DNA from: a virus
Direction: 5' to 3' (one strand)
IMG/VR virus record: IMGVR_UViG_3300032401_001693
Location: 1-64,000 of that record
DNA length: 64,000 bases
Shown: positions 28,497-39,211 of the stretch, piece by piece
Layout of the letters: every line of letters starts with the position of its first letter
Position numbering within the stretch: position 1 is the first letter of the stretch
The notes under the pieces: generated by a model
Told to the model about the DNA's origin: nothing
The model's database searches: none
The model's input: only the letters and a program-made list of their open reading frames with translations
Position numbers and translations under genes: made by a program

Positions 28497-28976
28497 ATGT
28501 ATAATACGACTGTAGTTTTAGGTGCTTTTACCGTTTTGTTACAGGCTCTGGTGATCTATTACGGTATTAGACTATTTACTGTTGTAGGTAGAACAGAGTA
28601 CTGGAGTATGGCTTGGAGTTTTTATGTATTAGCTAACTTTGCTATCTTTTTGCGAAGGAGTATCGCTTTCTATACTTTGCTTTTTGAACCTTGTGAGCCT
28701 TTTTTACTTAAGCATTTGTTTGTGGAAGAGCTTTTGGCTATAGTTGTTAGTATACTTTTTCTATTTTTTGGAAAGTTTCTTACTAAGCTATTTAGGAAAT
28801 ACTCTTTTAACGTTAATGGTGATCCTTCACTAAATGGTGGTAGATTTGTAATAGAAAATGTTAAAAAGTTAGAAGCTAGTGCACCTAAAAAGATAGTTAC
28901 AGATGTGGAAACCAAAACAGTACTTATTGAGGAAGCATCTAAAGTTGTACTGGAAGTAGAAAGAAAACTAAAATAG
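28497..28976 (+). CDS. three-TM membrane protein
   Basis: Hydrophobic segments. Confidence 0.55.
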   Translation: MYNTTVVLGAFTVLLQALVIYYGIRLFTVVGRTEYWSMAWSFYVLANFAIFLRRSIAFYTLLFEPCEPFLLKHLFVEELLAIVVSILFLFFGKFLTKLFRKYSFNVNGDPSLNGGRFVIENVKKLEASAPKKIVTDVETKTVLIEEASKVVLEVERKLK

Positions 28977-28984
28977 GAGTACAT

Positions 28985-30043
28985 ATGAAAGAGATCCAAG
29001 TGAAAGGTCATCAGGCGGGTGGTCATTTTGTTAAGCCTCATTTGAGGTATAGTATTCTGACTGGGCATGGTTATGAGAAGAGCCCCATAAAAAATAAAAA
29101 TTCACATATGTATCATAAACTAGACTCAGGAGATTTAATGATGGTTAAGAAGAAAACAGGCGAATGGGCTCACTATAGTAATGAGAAGGGTCACGTTAAA
29201 TCTGGGGAGGGACATGAGTTGGAATCATATCTAAAAGGTAAACTGGAGAAATCGGATGACATAAGGTATGTGTTATTGGTTAGAAAAGCAGTTAAAGATC
29301 CTGAGGAGCAGGAAGAGAAAGAGCCTAAAAAGAAACCTAAAAAAGAGCCTGAAGAAGAGCCTGAAGAAAAACAGGAAGAGGGTAATGAGAGTGATACGGA
29401 AGTGGGTCATGTAATAATGGTTCCTGATAGTGATAAAAAAGTAGATGTTACTGCAGTAGGTCAGCATGGAGTTACTGCTAGGGATGAAAAAGGTAATAAA
29501 TATCAAATCCTACATGAGCATGTAGAAAAAGATGGTAACTCAAAGAACGAGAATGAAAAGAATGGTAAAAATAAGAAGGACGAGAATAAGGGAGATGATG
29601 AGGAATCTTTAGACTCTAACCTTCCTAAAAAGGGTGACAAGAAGGGAGTAGGAGAATTAGGTGGTGAAGGGAAAGAAGAAAAGTTTAAAACAGTAAAAGA
29701 CTTTCTAAAGAAGTACAAACCACAGGAAGGCGATTGGGTTCAAGCTACTGCTATTGCTAAACATAGTGGGATAGATCGCAAAATTGTCAAAAAGGAACTA
29801 AAGAAGATGGAACTAGAAGGTGATATCCAATATGTGAATGAGAATAAATGGGGAGATGTGCTGTATAAGTGGACTGGTGCACATAGAGCTGAACATGAGG
29901 GTAAGACTATTGGTGAGTCTTTGAAAGCTGATAAAGAGAAGCGAGAGAAAAAGGCCCTAAAGGAAGAGGAAGACCAGAGACAGGGAAAAGATAAGAAGAG
30001 CAAGGAGAATAAGGAGAAGAAAGATGATGAAAAAAGAGACTAA
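28985..30043 (+). CDS. charged multi-domain protein with VKGH..VKPH arm
   Basis: IQVKGH..FVKPHLR; LEK|SD; winged-HTH-like C-terminal part. Confidence 0.6.
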   Translation: MKEIQVKGHQAGGHFVKPHLRYSILTGHGYEKSPIKNKNSHMYHKLDSGDLMMVKKKTGEWAHYSNEKGHVKSGEGHELESYLKGKLEKSDDIRYVLLVRKAVKDPEEQEEKEPKKKPKKEPEEEPEEKQEEGNESDTEVGHVIMVPDSDKKVDVTAVGQHGVTARDEKGNKYQILHEHVEKDGNSKNENEKNGKNKKDENKGDDEESLDSNLPKKGDKKGVGELGGEGKEEKFKTVKDFLKKYKPQEGDWVQATAIAKHSGIDRKIVKKELKKMELEGDIQYVNENKWGDVLYKWTGAHRAEHEGKTIGESLKADKEKREKKALKEEEDQRQGKDKKSKENKEKKDDEKRD

Positions 30044-30494
30044 ACCAATAGTTATTACTATCGCAGTTGTTTTATTTGCTTTATTTGCAATTTATTTTTG
30101 GCCTTTAGTTCCTATTCCACCTAAACCTCCAGAACCTGTACCCATAGTTCAGCCAGTTTCACCTGTAGGAGCCAGTGTGCCTGTAAAAATTGAGAAGCCC
30201 TATATTCTGGCGGTTGAAAAGGTGATGTATGGTTGTCCTGAGAAATCAATCTGGATTATAAAGTTGAACAGATTAGCATTACATGGTGTGAAGAATAGAA
30301 CTATAGAAATACGATTGCATGTTGGGTACTGTTGGTACAATGAACTTCGTAAGATACAGAAGGGTGGGAAGATACTTTTAGACTCTGCGGGGATAACTCC
30401 TGAGTGGCACCCTAAGGGAAGAGTAAGTGTTGGGTTATGGGATACTAAAACTAAGAAATATCTAAGTTCAGTAATAGTTAGAAAAGGAGTCTAA
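30024..30494 (+). CDS. membrane-anchored protein with Pro-rich linker
   Basis: N-terminal TM followed by PIPPKPPEP. Confidence 0.55.
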   Translation: MMKKETKPIVITIAVVLFALFAIYFWPLVPIPPKPPEPVPIVQPVSPVGASVPVKIEKPYILAVEKVMYGCPEKSIWIIKLNRLALHGVKNRTIEIRLHVGYCWYNELRKIQKGGKILLDSAGITPEWHPKGRVSVGLWDTKTKKYLSSVIVRKGV

Positions 30495-30521
30495 AATGAT
30501 TAAAGCACAAGGAGGTAGCAT

Positions 30522-30923
30522 ATGAATATAGGAGATATTGAAATTACAATTGGTGGAGTGACTTTTCCGTTTCTACTGTCGGCAATTTTGTCCTACCTTT
30601 ATTCATTTTTCAAAAAGGCAGATGGGACAGATATACTTTCTGACAGGCTGAAAAACTTGTTTACTCTAGTTGTGGCAATAGGGTTGTCATTAGCCAGTTT
30701 GCCTTATAACAATTTAGCAATGACCTATGTAAACGTGTTTAATTATAGTTTGTATGGATTTATTCAAGCTATGGCAGCTGTTGGTTTATATGATACTCTA
30801 TCGGTTCAGGTTCATGGGACTAGAACCAGTCTGGTAAAAGCTATGAAAGTGGTAGAAGCTAGTAACAAACAACCACTACCTAGCGGGAGCGGAGGTATAC
30901 GTCTAGGAACTGATAGGAGGTAG
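30522..30923 (+). CDS. holin-like membrane protein
   Basis: Three TM segments; AAVGLYD pattern. Confidence 0.45.
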   Translation: MNIGDIEITIGGVTFPFLLSAILSYLYSFFKKADGTDILSDRLKNLFTLVVAIGLSLASLPYNNLAMTYVNVFNYSLYGFIQAMAAVGLYDTLSVQVHGTRTSLVKAMKVVEASNKQPLPSGSGGIRLGTDRR

Positions 30924-31169
30924 ATATGTGGGGAGCTATTGTTGCATTACTGGTTCAGAATCCGCAGATTTTACAAATGCTTCCTGATTTTCTAAAGTCA
31001 GTTGTAGGCATACTTGCTTTGAATCAGATTACCATAACTTTTACACCTATAGATGCTCTTAAACCCGCCGCTAGTAGTAATTTTGGTGATTTTTCTAAGT
31101 CTTTGGAAGAGTTATCTAAGGCTATAACTGATGCTCTGAAAGAAAAGTCTATTCAAACATAGGAGTTGT

Positions 31170-31949
31170 ATGAAAGTAGAAGAACGGTTGGATGGGTTAC
31201 TTAGTTCTCCAGATCTGATTTGGTTGACTTTTACTGAGAAAGACAAGTTGGTATTCTTTAGTGATGCTCATTTAGGAACTCGTGATAAGAAGGATGGGTT
31301 TACTCAGAATGAGGGGGTATTCCTATTTGCTTTTGAGAAGTATTACAGTGACAAGTTTACTGTATTTTCAGTAGGAGATGAGATTGAGTTGTGGGAAAAT
31401 TCTAATTTGAACGATATAAAGGTTGGGCACTTTAGGGTGTTTGATTTGTTTGAAAAGTTTAGTAAAGAGGGTAGGTATTTTGATATTGTTGGTAACCACG
31501 ACCATGAGCTTGAGGATGAAATAGAAGAAGCCTATGGTATAAGGATTTGTGGTAAGAATTTTATAATGGTTCATGGCATGCAGGGAGAGCGCATGAACGA
31601 TGAGGGTTGGAAAATTGGTAGGAGATTAGTTCGGAGTCTTTGGGCTCCTTTGAATTCTATAGGAGTAGGTAACCCTTTTGAGAACGATCCAGAGCTTAGG
31701 CATATAGCACAACGTCAGAAGTTAATTGACTGGTCTAAAAGTAGGAAGCAACCTTTGATTTGTGGACATATACATTATGCCGAGTTTGCTCCTCCATATT
31801 TTAACTGTGGGTGTGTGGTTCATCCTAATGGTTTTACAGTATTGGAAATGGAAGATGGGTATATTAGGTTGGCAAAATGGGGGTTTGATGACAAGCGTAG
31901 AATGTATGCTAAAATCATTCTAAATGAACTACCTTTAAAGGAGGTCTAA
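31170..31949 (+). CDS. calcineurin-like metallophosphoesterase
   Basis: SDAHLG, GD, GNHD, HG, GHIH. Confidence 0.85.
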   Translation: MKVEERLDGLLSSPDLIWLTFTEKDKLVFFSDAHLGTRDKKDGFTQNEGVFLFAFEKYYSDKFTVFSVGDEIELWENSNLNDIKVGHFRVFDLFEKFSKEGRYFDIVGNHDHELEDEIEEAYGIRICGKNFIMVHGMQGERMNDEGWKIGRRLVRSLWAPLNSIGVGNPFENDPELRHIAQRQKLIDWSKSRKQPLICGHIHYAEFAPPYFNCGCVVHPNGFTVLEMEDGYIRLAKWGFDDKRRMYAKIILNELPLKEV

Positions 31950-31952
31950 AAC

Positions 31953-33905
31953 ATGGTAACTATGAGAAATCAGAAAAAGTTTGGTTGGATTCCAGATATT
32001 CCAGATGTAAGAGACTTATTTTATAAAGCACCGAAGAAGGTTATCAAAGAGAGACCTAACTCTTGGGATCTTAGGTCAAAAATGCCAGAAGTCTGGGACC
32101 AAGGCGCATTGGGCAGTTGCGTGGCAGAAGCTGTGGCGGGTGATCTTCAGTATCTACAAATTGTTCAGAATAAGGAGTCTTTTACACCTTCTAAACTGTT
32201 TATCTATTATAATGCTAGAGAGGTAATAGGAACAGCAAATGAGGACTCGGGGGCTATGATAAGGGACGGTATAAAAGTGGTAAATGATTATGGCGCCTGT
32301 AGAGAGATTCCTACCTGGCCCTATGATATAAGTAAGTTTAAAGATAAACCTAGTGAGTTGGCGTATAATGAGGGGTTAGAACATCAGGCTCTACTATATC
32401 AAAGGGTGGAGCAGAATGATGTGGAAATAGAAAGTCGCCTTTTCGAGGGGTTTCCAGTAGTAGTAGGAATCTCAGTTTATCAATCTTTTATGGCGGCTGA
32501 AAAGTCTGGAGAGGTTCCGATGCCCGGTTTAACCGAAAGCCTACTAGGCGGGCATGCTATTTTGATAGTAGGATATCTTAGAAATAACCTAAGTTTGATC
32601 TGGAAACCTTGGAATTGGTTTAGTGGGAGGACTCTAGATGGTAAGTTCATCTGTAGAAACTCCTGGGGTTCAGACTGGGGGAAATGTTTGGCTGGTCATA
32701 CTAAGATTTCTACTTTGGATGGTAGAGAAGTTTCTATAGAAGAACTTCATGCTTTAGGAAAAAAGGTATGGGTGTACTCCTACGACACTTCTCTAAGGAA
32801 GATAGTTCCAGCTCTAGCCGAACCTATTTCTTCTGGATATAGATCAGATATGGTAGAGGTTAAGCTGGACAATGAGGAATCTATTTTGTGTACTTCAGAT
32901 CACCTATGGATGATGAGAGATGGGAGTTTTAAGGAAGCTTCAAAGCTGGATACTGGTGATAGCTTAATGCCTCTTTATAGGGGTAACAATCATGGCTACG
33001 AGAAGTTTCTTTCTCCTAGTAGTATGAAGTGGATAACTACTCATTGGAATGTAGTTCATAGTCTTGGTATAAGGTCATTTGAAAATCATTTAGACGGCTG
33101 CGAGGGGAATTGCAGATTAATAGTACATCATCAGAATTATAATATTAAGGACAATACCCCTGAAAATTTAAAATTAGTTCCTGAGTGTGTGCATCATAGA
33201 ATCCATGAATGTTCAGAGAAGAGAGCTGAAGGTATAAGGAGAGCCTGGTCTGAAAATTACGATAGATTATCTAAGATTTCGGCGGAAACGTTTCGTGAGT
33301 ATAATAGGAAAATTGCAAGTGGGGAGCTTTGTTTAACTGAGAGGCAGATAGAGGCTAGGAGACAAAACGGAAGAAAAGCTGGTCTTATTAGTAATAGTGA
33401 GGAAAGTGTAGAAAAGTGGAGGAATACTTTGATTGAAAGATATGGAGAGGACTATTTTTCAAATACAACTCTGTTTGGGTTGTATAAGGTACTATTTCCT
33501 AATACTAGTCTTGATGAGTGGAAGGCGATTAGAGACACCATACCAAAAGAAATTTACGGTGAAGCTCAGAAAATTAGAAGTGGGGATAAAATTAGCAAAA
33601 CTTTAAGAAGAAAATATGAGAGTGGGGAAATAGTCATAACTGAGATACAAAAGCAAGCAAGAAGTGAAAATGCGAAACGGCTTAATGCAGTAAGGTGGGG
33701 TACGAACCATAAAGTTGTTAGTGTGGAACAGGTTAATATTTCGGTTCCAACTTATGATCTTAGAGTGGAAAGAGAAAATTGTAATAACTTTGCTTTATCC
33801 TGTGGCGTGTTTGTCCATAACAGTGGATACTTCACAATCCCCTATGATTACATACTAAATTCCGAGTTGGCAGATGACTTCTGGACGCTAACCTTGGTGG
33901 AATAA
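31953..33905 (+). CDS. papain-family (C1) cysteine peptidase with intein
   Basis: DQGALGSC, GGHAI, RNSWG..WG|intein|SGYF. Confidence 0.9.
   Translation: MVTMRNQKKFGWIPDIPDVRDLFYKAPKKVIKERPNSWDLRSKMPEVWDQGALGSCVAEAVAGDLQYLQIVQNKESFTPSKLFIYYNAREVIGTANEDSGAMIRDGIKVVNDYGACREIPTWPYDISKFKDKPSELAYNEGLEHQALLYQRVEQNDVEIESRLFEGFPVVVGISVYQSFMAAEKSGEVPMPGLTESLLGGHAILIVGYLRNNLSLIWKPWNWFSGRTLDGKFICRNSWGSDWGKCLAGHTKISTLDGREVSIEELHALGKKVWVYSYDTSLRKIVPALAEPISSGYRSDMVEVKLDNEESILCTSDHLWMMRDGSFKEASKLDTGDSLMPLYRGNNHGYEKFLSPSSMKWITTHWNVVHSLGIRSFENHLDGCEGNCRLIVHHQNYNIKDNTPENLKLVPECVHHRIHECSEKRAEGIRRAWSENYDRLSKISAETFREYNRKIASGELCLTERQIEARRQNGRKAGLISNSEESVEKWRNTLIERYGEDYFSNTTLFGLYKVLFPNTSLDEWKAIRDTIPKEIYGEAQKIRSGDKISKTLRRKYESGEIVITEIQKQARSENAKRLNAVRWGTNHKVVSVEQVNISVPTYDLRVERENCNNFALSCGVFVHNSGYFTIPYDYILNSELADDFWTLTLVE
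32685..33821 (+). mobile_element. intein with HNH endonuclease (379 aa)
   Basis: Starts CLAG, ends FVHN|S; VHHQNYNIKDNTPENL..H..IH. Confidence 0.88.
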
Positions 33906-34482
33906 TGGTTTGTGTAAACTGTGGGGTTTCTGTTAATAACTTTGGGGTTTATAAGGGAAACAATACTATCCATTGTACCAACTGTGGTATAGATTTCGAT
34001 TTTAGAACTGAAGAGATAATACTAAAGGCTAGTAGAAGTCAAGCAAGGAGAATAGTATATCAAAAGGGTTTGCCAGTTCTAGAATTTGACAAGGATAGAG
34101 GATGAAAAACGGCAAAGAACTCTATAAGATAGTTCCCTATTATGTAGAAAAACGTGGAAATCTAAAGATGGCTGGTATTTTTAGACCTGTAGAATACAAG
34201 ATTGTGAGAGATATTCTAGTAGTCCATGTTAAAGAGGAGATGCATCCAACAGATATGGAGTTACTAACTAAGGATCTTCAGAATATATTTGGTGAGCCTT
34301 TATTACTTTTTGCTACAAACAAGGATGTGTCTTTTTTTATTGCTGCTCCAATGAGTGAAAAAGAGGTTAGGGACTTTGAGAAGGGCAAAAAAGCTGTAAA
34401 TAGCTCGTAAAACACCCCTGAGGCTTTAAATTCTGAGTTGTACGAGGTTTTAATTAGTAATTAGACATTTGATATATAGGAG

Positions 34483-34830
34483 TTGAGAATGGTAGAAATC
34501 AAGGGTTTAATAGAACAGAATGACCAGAAGCTTAAGCAAAGGGAGTCGGAACTTATAACCAAAGTTAATGAAGCTTATGCTAAAGCTATTGAAGCAGCTA
34601 GGGAAGAATTTCGTTATCTGGAGAAGTTGAATCCTAATGTGAAACCTTCAGATAAGCAGGTTAAGAATATCCTAAATCGGACTATGAAGGTCTTTAAAGC
34701 TGAATTTGATGAGCTGGTAGAGCCTTTTCAGGAGGCTATTAGGGCTTCATACGAAGAGGGATTGCAGGAAACTAGTCAGATAGTAGAAATGGTAAAGGAG
34801 AAGATTGATGAAGTACCTGGTAAAATGTAA
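34483..34830 (+). CDS. helical hypothetical protein (possibly MuF N-terminal-like)
   Basis: EAIRASYEEG pattern; upstream ATATATAGGA motif shared with the MuF gene. Confidence 0.4.
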   Translation: MRMVEIKGLIEQNDQKLKQRESELITKVNEAYAKAIEAAREEFRYLEKLNPNVKPSDKQVKNILNRTMKVFKAEFDELVEPFQEAIRASYEEGLQETSQIVEMVKEKIDEVPGKM

Positions 34831-34948
34831 GAAATGTCAGAAAGAATCTGAAAAAATAATAGCTAACCCACAAGTCCTGATTAAGGATTATTGCCCCCAT
34901 TGTAAAGAAGGTAAAACTCTAGAAATAGTTAAAAAGTTGGAGGAATAA

Positions 34949-35641
34949 ATGGAAAGGATAACCATGAGTGAAGTTAAGTTCCTAAAAGCTAGGATGCTGA
35001 GACCAGTGGGTGAAGATCCTCACCATAAAGCCTATACTCGTATAAAAGGAGGCAAACTGCAGAGAATTCCACAGAAGGGTGCTATCCTGCAGGAACGTGG
35101 TGAGATTCCTAAAGAGGGAGCTAGAGATAGGCTTGGTAATGACTATGCTAGATTTTCTAAGGATTTGGATGACTATTTTTCTTTGGACGTTGATCTAAAG
35201 AAACTAAAAAAGCAAGTGGAAGAATACGCTACAAAGAAAGAAGGTGTGATGTCTAGGATTCGTCCTTTACTATCTAAATTTGAAAATCTATCCAAAGAGG
35301 AGAATAAGTTTCAGACTGAGTTTGAGGCTAGTGGATTTAAGCATAAGTTTTTATCCTACCCAAGGGAAACTCTTCCCTACAAGGATTTGTTTGAGGAATC
35401 GTTCAAACGTCTTACTTCTAAAATGCAGAATGAAGTGGAGGGGTTGAAAGGTACTTTAAAACGAATAACAGCTATGGAAAAGTTCGAACGTATAGAAAAA
35501 TCCAGTAGTGATAAAATAGCTGATTATCTTAAGAATATCATTAGGTTAAAAGAAGAAGCAATTAAACATATGAAGACGATGGATGCTACTATTCATGGTA
35601 GGTTAGAAAAATCTCTATTTGTTATAGTGGAAGAGGAATGA
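34949..35641 (+). CDS. arm-bearing coiled-coil protein
   Basis: FLK|A..., KAYTRIKGGKLQRI, LEK|SLFVIV. Confidence 0.6.
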   Translation: MERITMSEVKFLKARMLRPVGEDPHHKAYTRIKGGKLQRIPQKGAILQERGEIPKEGARDRLGNDYARFSKDLDDYFSLDVDLKKLKKQVEEYATKKEGVMSRIRPLLSKFENLSKEENKFQTEFEASGFKHKFLSYPRETLPYKDLFEESFKRLTSKMQNEVEGLKGTLKRITAMEKFERIEKSSSDKIADYLKNIIRLKEEAIKHMKTMDATIHGRLEKSLFVIVEEE

Positions 35642-35931
35642 ACTACGTAATATTAAAAAAAGCTAAAGCCTACTCAAGAGTTAGACATGGTAAGTTGGAA
35701 CAGGTTAGAGCTACTCAAGGAGTAGCTTCTCAGGTGGTTCACTCTGAGGTGCTTAAATTGGTAGACAAATATGTGAAACTAATTCGTCAGAAGAAGGCTG
35801 GCAAAGATGTAGACAGCAAGATAGCTAAAGTTATGAAAAGATTAGATAGGTTAAGAAGCGGTGGCCATTTGCAGCCACCTAGGTATGGTGGTTCTGCTAG
35901 GGGTACTAGCACTTATAAGTTAGGATTTTAA
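35638..35931 (+). CDS. MNYVIL-leader basic protein
   Basis: MNYVILKK|AKAYSRVRHGKLEQVR. Confidence 0.65.
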   Translation: MNYVILKKAKAYSRVRHGKLEQVRATQGVASQVVHSEVLKLVDKYVKLIRQKKAGKDVDSKIAKVMKRLDRLRSGGHLQPPRYGGSARGTSTYKLGF

Positions 35932-37412
35932 TGAAGTATATTATCTTAGAAAAAGTAAAACTACCTAATGTTGTACTAGAAAAAGCCTGGAGACATCATA
36001 GGAGGCCACTGGTAGCTAGAAAGGTTCCGGTTAAGCCAAAAACTGGAAGGCCCTATTTAGCAATAAGATGGACAGCGGGAGCTAGGACAGAGGAGTTGGG
36101 GGGAGATGTAGGCCGTCAGTTGAAAGCGTTAGTAGGGGAACTTACTGACCGCAGAGAAAAGATGTATATGAAGTATTATATCAGATATTTGTATGGTCAG
36201 AGGGGTAAGCCTGCCTATCCCCGCCCGTTGATGGATCCTATAGAGAACAGAGTAAGACCTGATATTCGAGATAAACACAGGTTGAAGGATTTTGAACGTA
36301 TAGCAAGAAGTATTATGGTAAACTTACCTCGCGCGAGGCATCAAGAAGCAGGTGAACCTCCAGACGTAAGATTAGACGAAAGAGCAGATAGGGAAGCTGA
36401 AAGGATGGAAAGAGAACGGAACCTTCCACCCAGGGCTGGAACTGAAAGAACTCAAATTCAGAGAATAGGAGTTGATTCTAACAAGATAGCAGAATACCTG
36501 AGAAAGAAAATAGCCCAAGGTCAGTATACTACTTGGGAAACTGCTATGGCTAGGGTAAAAGAAGTGTTTCCAGACCAATCTGATAGTAGATATGAGAGGT
36601 CATTGGAAAAGGCAGGACTTAGGAAACCTAGGCCAGAAGGTATCAAACTCGAACCCAATGAGTGGGAAGCTATAAGGGCTTTACCAGGTGGTCCACATAA
36701 GGAGTATTTTCAGGTTGGAGCTTTAGACGAAGTTGAAAAACTAGGTGGTGGAATAAATCAAACCTTTAGGATGAAGTTTAAAGATAATGGAGAAGGGTGT
36801 TGGAAACCATCTTGGGGTGAATCTCCGGCAAGGGCAGGCTTTATTAATAGGGGTTTTAAAGGAGAGTACTTCAGGAGAGAAGCAGCTACTTATTCAATAG
36901 CTAAGGTACTTGGGTTAGATGATTTGGTTCCTGAAACTTATGTTAGGAATGATCCTCAGGAAGGGGTAGGATCAGTAATGAGTTGGGTATGGGATGGTAA
37001 TGTGGAAGGTGGTGGGGATAGGAGAAATAGATATAAAAAAGATGAAATAAGAAGTGGGTTTTTAGATTTTATGTGTGAAAATATGGATAGGCACGGCCGT
37101 AATTTTTTCGTTACGAAGGGGGGCAAATTACAGTTAATAGATAACGGTTTGTCTTTTGGTAATAGTGATAACAGGTGGGATTTTACGCATAATGGTGAGT
37201 TAGTTGAAAGGGTGTTAAATAAAGAAGTTCCTCTAGAGCTTATGGAAAAGGTGGTAGATTCACAGGGGGAGGGAGAAAATGTTCTTAGGGTACTAGGTTT
37301 TGATAATAAAGCTATTAGTAACTATCGTAAAAGAGTAGGGATTGTTAAGAAGTATCTAGACAAAGGAAAAGCTATGTTGGAAGACCTAGTTGATGACTGG
37401 AGAAAATCATGA
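35931..37412 (+). CDS. HipA/PI3-PI4-kinase-like protein kinase with leader
   Basis: GGGIN, WKP, REAATY, VPETY, GSVMSW, DRHGRN, IDNGLSF. Confidence 0.8.
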   Translation: MKYIILEKVKLPNVVLEKAWRHHRRPLVARKVPVKPKTGRPYLAIRWTAGARTEELGGDVGRQLKALVGELTDRREKMYMKYYIRYLYGQRGKPAYPRPLMDPIENRVRPDIRDKHRLKDFERIARSIMVNLPRARHQEAGEPPDVRLDERADREAERMERERNLPPRAGTERTQIQRIGVDSNKIAEYLRKKIAQGQYTTWETAMARVKEVFPDQSDSRYERSLEKAGLRKPRPEGIKLEPNEWEAIRALPGGPHKEYFQVGALDEVEKLGGGINQTFRMKFKDNGEGCWKPSWGESPARAGFINRGFKGEYFRREAATYSIAKVLGLDDLVPETYVRNDPQEGVGSVMSWVWDGNVEGGGDRRNRYKKDEIRSGFLDFMCENMDRHGRNFFVTKGGKLQLIDNGLSFGNSDNRWDFTHNGELVERVLNKEVPLELMEKVVDSQGEGENVLRVLGFDNKAISNYRKRVGIVKKYLDKGKAMLEDLVDDWRKS

Positions 37413-37666
37413 TAACTGTAAAGACTTATTCTATAGAAAATGGTAAAGAAATACAAAGGAGTGTAGCCTGGGATGGTGAGAAGTTTATACCATCGGATAA
37501 TAGTTTAGCATTGAAATCTATGCTAAAGACTCCCATTTATGTTCCTGCGGATTCTGGTAAAGATAGTTGGATAGATCCCAAGAAAGACCCAGAGCAGTTT
37601 ATTAGAAAGCTTTGTTGGCAGTATAAATCCTATATCTTTAGGGTTAGTGAGCCTGAGGAAATATAA
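37409..37666 (+). CDS. small protein coupled to the kinase gene
   Basis: ATGA overlap with the kinase stop. Confidence 0.55.
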   Translation: MITVKTYSIENGKEIQRSVAWDGEKFIPSDNSLALKSMLKTPIYVPADSGKDSWIDPKKDPEQFIRKLCWQYKSYIFRVSEPEEI

Positions 37667-37690
37667 ATCTGGAAAAGTATTGGAGTTAGT

Positions 37691-38482
37691 ATGGCAGCTA
37701 TTCATAAATATAATAGGATGTTATTTAAAGTTTGTGCTGAGAAAGGCTTTTGGTTAAGACCTTTGGGTGAGCTTGATGAATATGAAATGTGGTTAGTTAG
37801 AACACGTGATATTTATTCTTTTGATCATCAGGATCCTAAGATTTTGATATTAGCTGGTTTCCATGGGGAAGAGGTGGCAGGTCCCTGGGCTATTCTCAAA
37901 TGGTTGAACACTCAATGTGATGAGAAATGGTTGGATAAGGTGGATGTGTCAATCATACCTATAGTGAACTCTTATGGATTTGCTAGGAGAAAGCGCTACG
38001 GTTCACAGGGAATAAAAACTAATTCTGGTTTTTGTCATACTGAGAAAACTGGGGAACAGCTTTCTCCAGAAGGTAAGATACTGATGGATAATATAAGTAT
38101 TATCCGTCCATTGGCTCAGGACGGATTTTTGTCACTTCATGAGGATGTGACTACTAAGGAATACTATTTGTATACGTTTGAACATGGTACCAGATCGGGT
38201 AGATTTACTAGCGGGCTTAAAAGGGAGCTGTGTAAGTATTTTCCTAAGGCGTTTGAAGGAATAGCCTATACTGATGCCAGTGAAAAAGAGAAAGGGCCTA
38301 TATGTAAAAAAGGGATAGTTTACAAATTTTGTGATGGTTCGTTTGAGGATTTTATGTTTCATTCAGGGGTGCCACGGGTTGCAGTATCGGAAACGCCCGG
38401 AAAATATAAATTGCAACGTAGAGTGAATGCAGGAGTTGGAATTATACAGAAATTTCTAGAGTTATGTTTAAAGGAGCGGTAG
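37691..38482 (+). CDS. M14 zinc carboxypeptidase/desuccinylase-like protein
   Basis: AGFHGEE, PIVNSYG, LSLHED. Confidence 0.8.
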   Translation: MAAIHKYNRMLFKVCAEKGFWLRPLGELDEYEMWLVRTRDIYSFDHQDPKILILAGFHGEEVAGPWAILKWLNTQCDEKWLDKVDVSIIPIVNSYGFARRKRYGSQGIKTNSGFCHTEKTGEQLSPEGKILMDNISIIRPLAQDGFLSLHEDVTTKEYYLYTFEHGTRSGRFTSGLKRELCKYFPKAFEGIAYTDASEKEKGPICKKGIVYKFCDGSFEDFMFHSGVPRVAVSETPGKYKLQRRVNAGVGIIQKFLELCLKER

Positions 38483-39211
38483 AGTTTTGATAGTTGATAA
38501 GTTGTATAAGAGGGAAATTGTAAAAGTCTTGAAAGCTGATATGTCTTCACATAATCATACGGTTGCAGTAGATGCCAAAATGAATGCAATGTTTGTAACA
38601 TGGTCGTTAGTCGAAGACTTGGAGTTGAATCCCGGTGATGAGATGACGGTGGATGTTAGAATTCTTGTCGAAAGGAGAAGCGACATGGGGAAGCAATTTT
38701 AATAATAGCGTCTGTGATTGTTATGGGTTTTATATTTTTGCTGCTATTATTTTTAGGGTTTAAACTTGTAGGGTTGAAACGTTGGAGGTGATATGAAAAA
38801 CGAATTTTTTGTTAGCAAGTGTTGTAGAGCTGAGGCGCAGATTGTATTTTCAGACTTTCCTGATTTTATAGGAGATGATCCGAAAAAACAGAAAGTTGGG
38901 ACTTCTTGGTTTAGGTGTACTAAATGCGATAAGCCTTGTGATATTCTACCTTTAGAAGAGGTTTTTAAGAAAGAGGAACCAGAGAAAGATCTATGGAAGT
39001 GGTCGCTTACTATAACGCACGTTGATAACGGCTATCTGCTAGAAGGGCTTTCGTCAAATATGGGTGTTCCTATGAGTATGGTTATAGAAGATGACGAAGA
39101 GGACGAGCTTAAAAGCCATGAGTCGTTACTTTGGCAGGTAATGGAGTATTTTAATTTTGGTGGTTCGAAGCATGATCCAGTTCGTTTGAGGATCATAAGG
39201 GAGAAAAAGAA

